In this document: positions 13,480-25,706 of the stretch, piece after piece
How positions within the stretch are numbered: the stretch's first letter is position 1
Layout: the number at the start of each line of letters is the position of its first letter
From: Guillardia theta CCMP2712
Lineage: Eukaryota > Protista > Cryptophyta
Reading direction: 5' to 3'
NCBI RefSeq assembly: GCF_000315625.1
Contig: NW_005434539.1
Coordinates: forward strand, 65,263 to 129,262
DNA: 64,000 nucleotides
Position numbers and translations under genes: made by a program
Notes under the pieces: model-generated
The model's input: the letters and a program-made list of their open reading frames with translations, nothing else
Databases searched by the model: none
What the model was told of the DNA's origin: nothing

Positions 13480-15785
13480 GACTTGTCTCATAGCATACGA
13501 CTTCTCTGACAAAGTACCAGGTGAATGACACTTGTTTGCAAACGGCAATCGGAAGGAAAATGCAAGTCTGTTTGCGCATTCTTGCCAACACGTGAACAGC
13601 ATGCAACACAACTCTTGGTAAAGATGTCATGAAATCTTCTGGTTTTCCCCATCTTGCAACCATGAAGGCCGACGCGCATTGTTCAACCTGACTGAAAGTG
13701 AGCGAGAGATGTTGGTCGGGAAGCAGAAAACCTTTCTTCTAACTCGGAGTCTGATATGCTCGGGTTTGCAAATAGTTCGTCTTCCTGCAACGCACATGTC
13801 AAGGAGGGCAGAGCGCACAGTACGAGCGAAACATTGATCTTCTTCTCGCTGTTGTCTTCATCCGTCGAGTTGTATGAGAATGTCTGATTGCCCAATGGCT
13901 CGATGGCAGCTGTGAAGATACAAGAATTAGCAACATGATTATGATCATGTTATGCTATCACTACCATCACCATCCTCCTCCTCCTCCTCCTCATCCTCCT
14001 CATCCTCCTCCTCATCCTCCTCCTCCTCCTCATCATCATCATCATCAACAACAACAACAACAATAACAACAACAGCAGCAGCTCCACCACCTTCACCACC
14101 ACCAACAAGAGTATCTGCTCACCATTTCCCGTCAAGTCACCCAGCGGAACAAACAGCATGAGCTTATAGAGCGACTTGACACGTTTTGCAACGTGATGAT
14201 CGCTGTCTTTGTCTTTGGTGCACATGTTCTGCGCAACTTCTATGAGATATCTTGCTCTGTCCCTTGTCATTTCATCCTGCAGACATTCAACATGTCATCT
14301 TCGTCGTCTCAAAGTGCTTGTTGACGACCATAAAGAAGAAGTATGCAAACTCGGCCATTATCTCGTAGTCATCAGGGTCCATTTGTTGAGCCTGATGGGA
14401 AAACAAAGTAAGAGAGTCTGGAGATGTAGAGCGAGAGGAGATGTGAGAAAACAGGGTCAGGGTTGACAACAGATTCAGTGAGACGACATGTAACAACAAA
14501 CATCATCTACAACAAAAAATGATCACTTCCAATGTCGGAAAGTATGATGAGAATCATACTCGATCATGAATTGCATCGAAATGAAGATCATGATCGACAC
14601 AAATCTATCTTCATATCAACTGCTCACATGTCATTCTAACATTTTTCATGTTAGAACGACATGTGGCCGATCTCCTGCCCCACCCTCACCTGCTCGAAGT
14701 ACATCTCTGCCCTCCCCCTATCCCTCATAGTCTTCTGCGCTGGACATGTCAGTCATCTTATTGTCCTCCTGGCAGACACCAACATGAAGCGCAACAGCGA
14801 GTCGCATCAGACTGTTAGCCATGGTGCAGTTGATGTCTAAAGACTGTTCCCGCAAGGTTGTCAGCCCCTCGGACTTCTCACCCTCCCCTTCGCACATGCT
14901 CGTAGCACTTGATCGCCTCTTCGTGCTCATCCTCCATCATCCTCACTTGTCCCAGCTCCAGGAAAGCTTGCGCGTTGCTGGGGTCTAGCTGAAGAGCTTT
15001 CCTGTTGTCAAACGCTGGTCAATCCTCTTGCGGCCCACTCTGACGAGGACGAGGAGGACGAGGACGAGGAGGAGGGCGAGGAGGAGGAGGAGGAGGAGGA
15101 GGAGGAGGATAGAGGACGAGGTGGAGGTGGAGGATGAGGAGGAGGACGACGAGAAAGCAACTCACAAACAGGCTCGAGTAGCGAGGTGAGAGTTGAGGCG
15201 ATCCTTCCTTTGAAGAGCAGCAAACAGCAGGATGGCTTCAATGTTACTCGGGTCCGACCTCATCGTCCTCTTGAGTCTGAGATCAAATGTGAAAACAAGT
15301 TTCATCCTCCTCATACTCTTCATCTCGCTCTTCGTCTCGCTCATTATTTGTTGATCCTCTTGACCTTAATTGTATAGCTAGATAGCTGTAATCTTTCACG
15401 CTTTCCTCTAATCTTGAAAGCATTCCTCGTGTCTCCTCTCAAAACCCTCATTCTAGGTGATTCTTATCACTTTCAACCTCCTGACACATCTTTTTCATCA
15501 TCTTCAGTTTCTCAATAGATTGCAATCCCCTTCACATTGCAGTCACCTTCTCGAACGCATCTCATCTTTCGTCATCATTTTGATTTTCTGTTACCAAACC
15601 AATCAAACACTTACAAGATTTCCGCTGGTTGGTACTCTCCCCTCCTGATCGCTCTTCTCGCAAGATTGCAAGTGATCTGAACTTTGTCGAGAGTTGTTAC
15701 CGGGACAGAAGTCTGCGATGCGAAAGGAAACCCCCCCGATTAGAAAACAAACACAAGACACCAGTCTCAACAACCTCATCAACAT
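13480..15785 (-). CDS. Multi-exon TPR-like repeat protein (boundaries approximate)
   Basis: TPR-type exons: MRSDPSNIEAILLFAAL, KALQLDPSNAQAFLELGQ (~14950-15000), SLDINCTMANSLMRLA, QMDPDDYEIMAEFAYFF. A hydrophobic N-terminus is possible at 15785. Confidence 0.5.
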
Positions 15786-15889
15786 TGCCCAGGTATCAAC
15801 AATACAACCACCGCGTTATCTTCCATCATCGCCATAATCATAATCATGATCGTCATGGTCATCATCATCATCATATTGTCGTCGTGGTC

Positions 15890-15916
15890 ATCATCATCAT
15901 CATATTGTCGTCGTGG

Positions 15917-16012
<96 letters not shown>

Positions 16013-16019
16013 CCATCAC

Positions 16020-16084
<65 letters not shown>

Positions 16085-16120
16085 GCAGCAGCAGCAGCAG
16101 CAGCTGCTGCTGCTGCTGCT
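15890..16120 (+). repeat. (CAT)n then (GCA)n/(GCT)n microsatellite
   Basis: Direct tandem repeat. Confidence 0.95.
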
Positions 16121-16319
16121 ATCTACGCCATCGTCGCTGAGCGATACAGCAGAAGAATCACCTGATTGGAATCTCCGACATAGTACTTGGCTGCCATCTC
16201 CGCAAACATAGCAAGATCATCATCTGCTTGTGGAGCCCCCAGCAGATCATCAAGACTACATCCTTCTCCTCCCCTCGCTCCTCCTTCCCTTCCAGCACCT
16301 CTGCCTCCTCTTCCTCTTC

Positions 16320-16520
16320 CCTTCGCTCCTCCTTCCCGTCCAGCACCACTCTCACCACCAACACCAACACCTCCTCCACTCGCTCCTTCTTCCCGTCCAG
16401 CACCACTCTCACCACCAACACCAACACCTCCTCCACTCGCTCCTCCTTCCCGTCCAGCACCACTCTCACCTCCTCCACTCGCTCCTTCTTCCCGTCCAGC
16501 ACTACTTTCAACACCTTCTC
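16320..16520. repeat. Minisatellite, ~60-bp unit (ctcgctccttcttcccgtccagcaccactctcaccaccaacaccaacacctcctcca)
   Basis: The core cgctcc.cttcccgtccagcac occurs four times, with 60, 60 and 42-bp spacing. Confidence 0.85.
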
Positions 16521-16771
16521 CTTCCAACCCTCCTGCTGCTCCTTCCCCTTCCTCCTCCAGCTTGTCCCTTCCTCCTCGCATGTGAAGGCTTTCAGCTCGG
16601 CCCTCTCCCAGCAGCCTGCCAGCAGCAAATTCAGCTATGGATCCTTTGGCACCAGATCCCCTAAATCTACAAACTGTAATTCCCTCCCTCGCCCGCTCCC
16701 CCATCCTCCCTCTTCCTCGCTCGCTCCTTGTCCTCGCTCCGCTTCCCCTCGCTCCATCGCTCCCTCCAATC

Positions 16772-17857
16772 TCACCTGAAGCTTTTCCGTCGAAACTTTG
16801 GGTTCGGGGCTCTCGGGTTCTTTCCCGAGTAGAAGATGCGCAGCAGCTCAATCGCTGCCTCCTCCTCCACTCCCCACTCACACTTGAAGCCTCGCTCCAG
16901 ACACTTGCCCAACTCCACCATCCCTCCTTCCTCCCTTGATCCTCCTCCTCCTCCTCCTCCTCCTCCTCCTCCTCCTCCTCCGCTAACTGCACTCTTGGCA
17001 TTGATTGAGATCACGGAGCCACAGCCTCCGAAGAAGAGATTTCTGCACCCCATCACGACCCTCTTCACATTCAGCTGCCTGCCAGCAGCCGTCAGCGTGC
17101 CATTAGAGCAACAGGAGGAGTAATGGTGTTGCAAAATGGAGGAGGAAAGACAGATCAAAGAGAAAAGAGGGAAGTGAAACATGTCAAGGCAGGGGAAGGG
17201 AGGGCAAGACAGGGAGGGCAGCGAGGGCAGCGGAGGGAGGAGGAGAAAGCAAACTAACCCGAGGGCAGAAGCACACATGATACAAGGCTCGCAGGTTACA
17301 AAAACTTCACAGCCCTCGAGCAGGCGGAAGCTGTCTTGCGACCTGCTGCCGTCCTCGTTGTGCTCGAAGAAACCCCTCTTCCTGTGATACTCCGAGTTTT
17401 GAACGAGAGAGTCGATCGCGATCAGCTCTGCATGCCTCGTCCCGTCGTACAGAGTGTTGCCAAGGTTGTGCCCTTGCGCTATGATCTCGTCCTCGAAGAC
17501 TACCACACACCCGACTGGCACCTGCGGCAGGGGCGTTACCTCCTCTAGCGCGCTGCTGCGCTGTTAGCCCAAAACGCAGGAGGCGGGAGGGAGGGGGGAG
17601 GGAGGATGGTGCGATCCGGAGATAAAAGGGAAGAAGGAGAGAGAAGAGACCTCTCCGAGCTTGAGAGCTTGCCGCGCTTCCCTCAGTGCGATCTTCATGT
17701 AGTGTCGCTCCCGCTGAAGGCCGATGGCGTGGGAGGTATCGGAGTCCGAGCATGGCAGCCAGGCTGAGAGGACGCGTGAGGGGTAGCAGGGGCCGTGCCA
17801 TAGCTCACAGAGGAGGAGGACGGCGAGCAGATAATACCATAAACCCGGATTCGCCAT
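16772..17857 (-). CDS. ADAT2: tRNA-specific adenosine-34 deaminase, ADAT2/Tad2/TadA family (at least 3 exons)
   Basis: YMKIALREARQALKLGE|VPVGCVVV...RHAELIAID...VTCEPCIMCASAL|LNVKRVVMGCRNLFFGGCGS. The HAE and PCxxC zinc-deaminase motifs are intact. A donor site at ~16775 may extend the C-terminus. Confidence 0.88.
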
Positions 17858-18239
17858 CGGACAGCAAGATCCTGGGGGTCACATAACCCCCTCCATGTCA
17901 GCCTCCATTCCTGGTAGGAATAGGAACAGTCAGGGTAAGGCAGAGCGATCGATCCTTGGATCCCCTCTGCTGCTACTGATTCTGATTCTGCCCGTCTCAT
18001 TGCAGGGATCCTCCTCCCCTATGGCGGCATGCCCCCTCATTTGGCAATGCCGCACCACCCTTCTTGACAGTTCCACCTCTCATACCGTTTACCCTTCTAC
18101 ATGTTCCTACTTGCCATCTTCCTTCTCTCGCCCCTCCCGCCCCTCTCCTGTGCCGTTCAATTTCTTCATCCCTGTCTTTCTCTTCCTCCAACTTCTCTTC
18201 CCACAAAACTGTGGAGTCTGTTCCTCCCCAATCGCTCTT

Positions 18240-18375
<136 letters not shown>

Positions 18376-18454
18376 GTACATCCGCTCCCGCTCCCGCTCC
18401 CCTCGCCCTCCATATTTTGTTCACGTGTTTCCCTCCACCCATGGATATCTGGTG

Positions 18455-19450
18455 TAAGAGCCCGGCCAGGCTCGGGCGGCCGGGCCGGAGCCCGGAGCTC
18501 GGAGGACGGCGGGGCGCAGGCACTCAGGCTTCCGGACTCCGGCGAGCCTCCCGGAGTCCCGGGAGGCCGGGAGGCCCGCCGGAGTCCGGGAGGGCGCAGG
18601 CACGGTCCCGGAGCCGCCGGGGGGCTACTCACTCTAGCAAGTTGTCAAGTTTCAAGTTTCACGGTACTAATGGCATCATATGAGTCAGGCGGCTTAGTTC
18701 TTTCCTTTGGCAAACTTGGCAAGCCTTAGTGCCGTCACGCCTCAACTGTTGAACTCAGTAGGTTAACGGTCACCGCGGCTTGCCGGGGCCCGCCACTACT
18801 GGACGGTCAGTGCCACTACTGAGTCCGTGGCAGGCTCAGCCGAAGTTTATCGGCCCGCGGCGGCGCCGGCGCGCGCGCCGCCCGCCGCAATACTAATCAT
18901 GACTAACTCCGGGCCGCCGCGCCAGAAACTTCCGCTGAACGGTTCAATGGTTCCCGGAGTCCGACGGTTCGGCGCGGCCGGGCGGGCGGCCCGGCGTCAC
19001 CGGGAAGCCGGGACTCAGTGACTCAGTGCCAGTCCTGATGATCTCGGCCGCCGCGGCACACGGACTCCCGAGTACTACTTTGCCCTAGGGACTTCCGAAG
19101 TTCCCCGCCGCCGGGGCCGGGCCGCCGCCGTCGGACGGGCCGGGTTGCCGGGGGCCGCCGCGGGCCCCCGGCAAGCCTGTGCGGCCTCAGTCAAAAACGG
19201 TGCCGCCGGGCACCGCCCGGGAGTCCGAGACCGTACCGTACCGTGCCTCGGAGGCTGTACTATTTTTTCACGGTACGGTCGCCGGGAGCCCGCGGCCTCG
19301 GACGGTTGTACGAGTCGGCTGATCTGTATCCGCCTGTCAGTGTCACCGTTAACAGTCACAGTTGATACAGTCGGCGACTCTTTCGGACTTCCGGTGACTG
19401 CTTTTGCCCGTCGGAATACGGTAGTACTAACTCGGAACGGTCGGCTTTGA
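18455..19450. promoter_or_regulatory. GC/CpG-rich palindrome-dense island upstream of ADAT2
   Basis: Same composition and word usage as the other islands. Function inferred from position only. Confidence 0.35.
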
Positions 19451-20527
19451 GTCAAAAGCTCATGGCTCATACACGATCTCAACACACAACGCTTGGCGGG
19501 CAGTACCGTAGCAGCCATCGTGACCTGCTGACATTGGATACAGTTCCTCCGGCATAGTATGCCCTATCCACTGGCATCTGCTGCTGCCTCCACCATCCCG
19601 TCGGCATAGACTCGTCCTCTTGTTCTGCTGCTTCAGTCATGAAATGCACAGCTGAGGACGAAAATGTTTTCTCTCGTCACTGCCAATCCAGCACACTGTC
19701 ACGCTCACAGGCTGGAACCTGCTACGTTCGCGACATACCAACCTGCCCTTATTCTCCTGCCATCTCATCCTGTGGTTTTGCCCGCCATGGCAGCACCTAC
19801 TTTCACGTGCTCGCGGCAACAAGGGCGCTTGGCTCGAAAGCGATCACCGCTCAGGGAAACTTTATTGTTGAGCACCAAGAGTGCTGGTGGGATGACCAGA
19901 CCAAGATCTTGTGATACACGGAAGGAACGACAAACACTCGGTCACAAATCTCAGGGAAGAGTGTCCTTCAAACCGCAAGGCTGCTCACTGAAATTTTGTT
20001 CCCACGTTGTCTTGGTGCTGATCTTGATACCACGGTCGTGTGTGACAGCCCTGTCACCGTTGCAACATCGATACTGTTGTGAGTTTCCGCAGAAACTAGA
20101 TTAGACCACATCGGACCTGTAATGATAAATCGAAGGCAAACCCAATTTCGCAAATTGAAGCATACGATAGGAGAAAGAGGAATAGAGGGCTATGCACTGT
20201 GATGCTTGCATCACAGTGGATATAGTTGTATAATTAATGAATTCTGAATAGTAGAACCTTTTTGAACCGTCACTGCCACCGAACGCTTGCAAAGCCTGGG
20301 AAAGTTTGAAAGTTTTATGAGTCAGTGGGAGCGACAGCAGATCCACACTGATCTGAGTCTACCGTGAACTAGTCGCTGAGTTTCAAGTTGAGCTCTGCCA
20401 GTTTCCGAAGTTCGTGGAGTCCGATCACTGTCACTGTGCCAGGATTCCCGAAGGCTCGCTCGGATCGGATCGACTGATCACAATACAAAGTGAAGGTATC
20501 AGTTAAGTTTGGGGGACAGCACTCGGC

Positions 20528-20682
20528 AGGATTGGGTTTGGTTCTCGCTGTCTTTTCTCTTCTCGCCGTTCAACGGTTTGGCCTGTGCGACAGTGTACGG
20601 TCAGGGTCAAGCCTCCTCGACTCTCGAGTCTCCTGATTGTCCTCGTACAGTGCTTTTTAACTTCAAGTAACTTTGAGTACAG
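20528..20682 (+). mobile_element. Dispersed retroposon-like repeat copy (opposite orientation), inside a GC island spanning ~20350-21420
   Basis: tttggttctcgctgtcttttctcttctcgccg...tttggcctgtgcgacagtg...tcagggtcaagcctcctcgactctc...ttgtcctcgtac...tttttaactt...aactttgagta is the reverse complement of 56626-56750, with small insertions. Confidence 0.8.
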
Positions 20683-22739
20683 TGTCAGATCACTGTTTGA
20701 ATGGACTCAGGCTTGCCAACTCAGTTCACCGTCCGGTAGTATCGATCAGCCAGTGATCGCCGGGGCGGCGGCGGTGACAGGCTGGCGGTCACGGTCACCC
20801 GGGCCGGTCCGATCCCGACCGTCCGACGGCCGCGGCCGCAAATGGGACTCCGTGGAGTCCGGCCGCCGGACTCGGTCCTGCGGCCGCCGCCGCCGGGCCC
20901 CGATCCGAGTCACCCGACCCACTTATGGGCCACCAACTACTGGTTTCTCAGGCCCGGATACTAGCCGGTGCCGCCCGGGCCGGTCCGATCACTCCGCGCC
21001 GGGCCGCGCCGCCAGCTGGCCTGAGCCGGGCAGCGGAGGCTGACGCCGGGCGGGTCGGACTGACTCGCGACTCTCGGGCCGGCGGAGCCTCCGACGCGGA
21101 CTCAGTCAGTGCTCCGAGGCTCGGTCGCCCCGGCCCCCGGCCGGCGCCGCCGCCGATGCCAGGCTCCCGGGCCGAGTCGGCGAACTTCGCGGCGCGGCAC
21201 TGCCCCGGCCGCCGCGCCGCCCGGCCCGGCCAGGCCAGCCGGCCCGCGAGAAGTTGAAGGCGACGGACCCGCCGTACCGGGCCGGGCGCCCGGCCGGCTG
21301 GCCGTGGGCGAACTTCGGCCGCCGCCGCTGAGCCTCGGAGCGGCGCTGTGCTCAGTGCCCGGCGCGGCCGCACTGTGAGCATCGGATTCTCTGGTCAAAT
21401 CCCTGGTCAAACCTCGAGTGCGAGCGGGGAGGAGGGCCATCAGAGGATGAAAAGAAATGGTGGAGTGAATGACGGTAGGTGGATCAGATAGGGGTGGGGT
21501 GGTAAGGTAGAAAGATGATGAGGTGGGTAGAACAATGTGGAAAAGGGGGTAGTGGGAATAACTGGACCAATAAATATTAAAAGGATACCGATGGTATGGC
21601 AGCGGTCGCAGCATATTTGCGGGGATAATGGGGGATGGCGGGAGGGCGGGGTGGTGGGGGGCGAGGAGAGGAGAGGAGACGGAGAGGAGGAGGATGAAAC
21701 ATGAGGAAGAGAGAACTTATGGTGGTGGTTGTAGTGGATGGAAGAACAAGACATGCAGGAGGAAGCCTTCTACGAGAGAAGCAGGTGTACACCAGCGAAC
21801 AGCGTTTACATTAGACAAGGCAGAACTGCATCAAGAGGCCAGAAGAATGGTGGAATTTGCAGTTCAGAGATTAGATGTTTGAGAGGGATAGATATCTTAC
21901 CATCTTCTAGCCTGCTGTTTGATTGGGTGAGATGCAAAGGAGGATCAACAATGAAGGCTGATTTGCAATTCAAGTGGGATCGAGCGTTGCTTGAAAGGCA
22001 GGAGCGCAACTGTATCATCCGTGATCAAGAGCCATCGAGAGAGTGTGTAAGAGGTGGCTGTGAATTGACCACGCAATATGATAGCCCTCGATTGGAACAG
22101 AGTTTCGAATGCAGCTTTAGAGTGAAAATCCGAGTACCAACGTTGGAATAGTAGACGTGACATCCTGTAGGGCAGGGATGGACTAATGAGGAACTAGATG
22201 TTGCACATAGTGTTGCCATATTGCATCTTCCCTCACCATGTTGAAGCAGCGCTGCCACTGAGTGCTTGGTCCTCAGATTGCTGCGGTGAAATGGTGGGAA
22301 CAAGGATGAAAACGGGCATCTCGGTGTAAGGAATCTTTCATCTCCACATCCACCCGACTTCAGTGAGTCGTGAACTGCCTGTGCGATGTCTTGTACAGAG
22401 GAGGATGGGAGAGGGGATAAAGTGCGGGGGGCAACTGACATGGCACAACAGAAGAATTGCTAGCCCCACACGATGCGAGCAGCATTGGGCGAGGAAGAAC
22501 CGATGGACCCTATCACGGTAGACGATAATGACGGGGATGATGTTGTTGTAGACGACGATGACGATGATAAACATGAAATGATTGATTATGGAGATGATTT
22601 TGGATGATCTTTCGATGAGACGAAGCATGAATGTGATTGTGTTGTCATTGGATGCATAACTTGTCAAGGGCTAGGCGAGACGTACCTGCAGATATACTTG
22701 TATGATATTGATTAAACGATGCTGGTTCTGCTGCTACTG

Positions 22740-22748
22740 ATGATGGAT

Positions 22749-22831
<83 letters not shown>

Positions 22832-23190
22832 GATGAAGATGAACACNNNNNNNNNNNNNNNNNNNNNNNNNNNNNNNNNNNNNNNNNNNNNNNNNNNNNN
22901 NNNNNNNNNNNNNNNNNNNNNNNNNNNNNNNNNNNNNNNNNNNNNNATGATGATGATGGAGATTAGTCGATGATGATGATGATGATGGAAATTGCGATGA
23001 TGATGATGGAGATTGCGATGATGATGATGGAGATGATGATGATGGAGATGATGATGATGGAGATGCTGCTGCTGATAATGATGATGATGATGGAGATTGC
23101 GATGATGATGATGGAAATTGCGATGATGATGATGGAGATTGCGATGAAGTTGATCTTGATGATGATTATGATGATGATAATGATGACCAT
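22740..23190 (+). repeat. (GAT)n-derived microsatellite containing an assembly gap (N 22847-22946)
   Basis: Tandem GAT with a higher-order unit gatgatgatgatggagattgc. Confidence 0.9.
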
Positions 23191-23252
23191 AATCTTAATA
23201 ATGGCTATGTTCTCTATGATGAGTACTCAGTTTGTGATGTTGTGACTTGCAG

Positions 23253-25353
23253 GTCACATTGAAAAGCATGGAGCTTGCGCTGATCCCCTCAGGAGTGATG
23301 TTGGCTGGGAGCATTTTCACTGTCCTCCTCCCCGAGCCACCACCGAAGATGATCGCACACGCCCTTCAGCATCTGGCAGCCGGCATCGTCCTCTGCGCCA
23401 TCTCGACCGAGCTGGTCTCTTCGGTGCTGGTGGTAAAGGGGGGACATGCTGATGTTTGGATTTCAGATTCCACCCCTATCACAAGCTGACGACAGTCAGA
23501 GTATTATTGGATTGATCTTGGGGTTCTGTCTTGGGGTTGCAACAATGATTAGTCTGTCCATATTCTTGGAGGTCCTTTGAGTTATCTCCTGCCCTTCTGC
23601 CCCTCATTTCACGTCCCTTCAGCCAGACGAGGACGAGGAGGCGCCGATCTCAGAGCCGGAAGGGATCGATGAGCAGGTGGATGCAGGCGTATCGTGCTCT
23701 TCAACACTTAACCCGGGGTCCTAGGAGCCGCTGATGAGGAACTCGGACGCGGATTTCGTCAATGACGACGCTCCTCTGAATGATTACTCAGACCGCACGG
23801 CGGTGAGGGTTTGCGTCTCCTGTTTGCTCCATGCTTGACTCCGAAACGGTAGGGGGAGATGGAGCTCCGGTGTGTTGGGCGGGCGGCAGTCCCGCAAGGA
23901 AGGTGAGCAAAAGGCAGTGCGGGAGTGTGGAAGGAGGAGGAGGAGGAGGAGGTGAAGGGAGGAGGGGGGTGGAAGGAGGGAAAGAGGGAAGGTAGAGAGA
24001 GTAGAGGAGGTTGGGAAGGTGGACTCAATGTGTATTAGACCTCCGTCCAAGGAAGGGAGTGAAGATTCAAAGCACTCACGATCTTTGATCAACCAAGGTC
24101 AGATGGGAGCTTCCCATAATTCTCCTTCTGTTCAAGTCCTCGTCCTCTAGTCCTCTACATCTTCTCTCTTCTTTCTCAACTGTGCTTTTCTTTCTACTCG
24201 GCTTGTTTCCTGTGCGGCCAGGCATGACGATTCTACACAGCTCATAGGCTTGCAGAGGGCAGTGATGCTCCACGGCCCTTTCCTCTTCTGTTTGCAATGT
24301 GGGCGATAAGATCTAGTCTTCCTCGCCTGAAGTCTCCCAGGTGTGTCTACATCGACTCGGTCATGGACGGACTTCTAGTTGGGATCTCTCTCATAGCCGG
24401 CAAGAGGTATCACCTCTTGCCTCGCCTCATGCACAGCAACCTACTCAGCCAGTCAAAACTTCCTCAGCCTTCTGATTGGCATCCTCTTTCCTTCGTCCTT
24501 TTGCGAACTTGTTTTACAAACACCACCCTCCAATTCCCCCTTCCCTCTCTCCCGGTCCTCCTCCCCCTCACGCCTGCTGGCAGCGCGGGGCTCTTCATGG
24601 CGGTCGCTCTTTGTGTCGAGATGGGATTTCTCGGGCTCACCTTTGCGGTTTGAATTGCTGTGAAACTTTTCCTCTCCTCTCAACCCTCTCCCTTGCAGGC
24701 CGCGTGCACGGGGCAGCCGAAGTACAGGGCAGTCCCCGCGGTCGTAGCTGGTGCGCTGATTCTATGTTGCCCCGACTCCTCCCCCTTATCCCATCCCCGC
24801 TCCCTCCCCGGCCCTCGCTTCTTCCATTCTCTTTCCTCCCTTTTGTTGCCCTCCTTGTTCTCAACCTACTTGTTGGAGCATCTCGTGACTCGTTTCTTCA
24901 TGGCAGGTCCTCTTTTCCTCATGTGTGGCTCTTGCATCGGCGGCCTGCTGGCCAACGCTCTAGCTGCTAACCTGGCGGCGCTGATAGCATGCACATCCTT
25001 CGGAGGTTGGCGAGTCGAGGTTCCTGCAATGCCATGACCGTCTGCTTGCAGTGGCAGCTCTGCTTTATATGGTGTGCGAAGAGCTTCTAGTCTCCGCACA
25101 TGAGGAAGGGGACGAGCACGTTTGGTGGGTTGACCTTCAGGTGACTTCCCCCTTTTCCTCCCCTCCTCTCCTCCTCTCCTCCTCTCCTCCTCTGCTCTAA
25201 CTGGCCTCAACGGCTTCGTCTCCTCCTTCAACCTTCACCTCCTTTATCATACCCTTCGCAATCAACCGCATCCTGACATTTGCGCGGAAGGTATTCGTGG
25301 GTTTTTTGCTGGCACTTCTGTTGGACAAGGCTGTTCAAAGGAAAGGCACATGA
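23253..25353 (+). CDS. ZIP-family (ZupT/GufA-like) divalent metal transporter, multi-exon; 5' exon(s) not resolved
   Basis: LQHLAAGIVLCAISTEL, acidic loop, VYIDSVMDGLLVGISL, MAVALCVEMGFLGL and AALLYMVCEELLVSAHEE match ZIP TM motifs. Stop TGA at 25351-25353. Confidence 0.8.
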
Positions 25354-25599
25354 CCTTACACTTAGTTACCTTGGCTTTCTTTCCGCTGCCTGCCGCACTC
25401 CGTATCCGCATCATGACCATCATCATCAGCCTGCTTACTATACGACAATTTCAGTTCGTCCCGTAGCCTGAGGGCCGGCGGCTGGCACACTTGCAGCTTG
25501 CAAAGTTAGTGAGCCCACGATGAGGCAAGTTACTCAGTGCATGAACTTGTCCGCGCTGCGGCGGCGGCCGGCTGACTGTCCGTCTGACGTCGGTCCCAT

Positions 25600-25706
25600 T
25601 CCTGTACTCAAAGTGAAGTTAAAAATCAGTACGAGGACAATCAGGAGAGTCGAGGAGGCTTGACCCTGACCGTACAATGTCGCACAGGCCAAACGGCGAG
25701 AAGAGA
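25600..25706 (-). mobile_element. Dispersed retroposon-like repeat copy (~105 bp) with flanking direct repeat
   Basis: tactcaaagtgaagttaaaaatcagtacgaggacaatcaggagagtcgaggaggcttgaccctgac...tgtcgcacaggccaaacggcgagaagag. Flanked by gacgtcggt at 25586-25594 and 25710-25718, each followed by ccat. Confidence 0.8.

Noticed and set aside
16320-16520. CRISPR-like repeat-spacer pattern (also 56876-57110)
   Set aside because: The spacers are themselves repeated, there are no cas genes and the context is eukaryotic. These are minisatellites.
18421-21614. Arg/Gly/Pro/Ala-rich ORFs in the GC islands (also at 8, 27, 35, 43, 50 and 56 kb)
   Set aside because: Stop-codon scarcity in very GC-rich DNA. No domains or coding-like composition.
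19450-22700. Possible genes at 19.5-20.3 kb and 21.7-22.7 kb
   Set aside because: Only short ORFs with no recognisable motifs. I could not build a consistent exon chain, although 22.4-22.7 kb may hold 5' exons of the ZIP gene.
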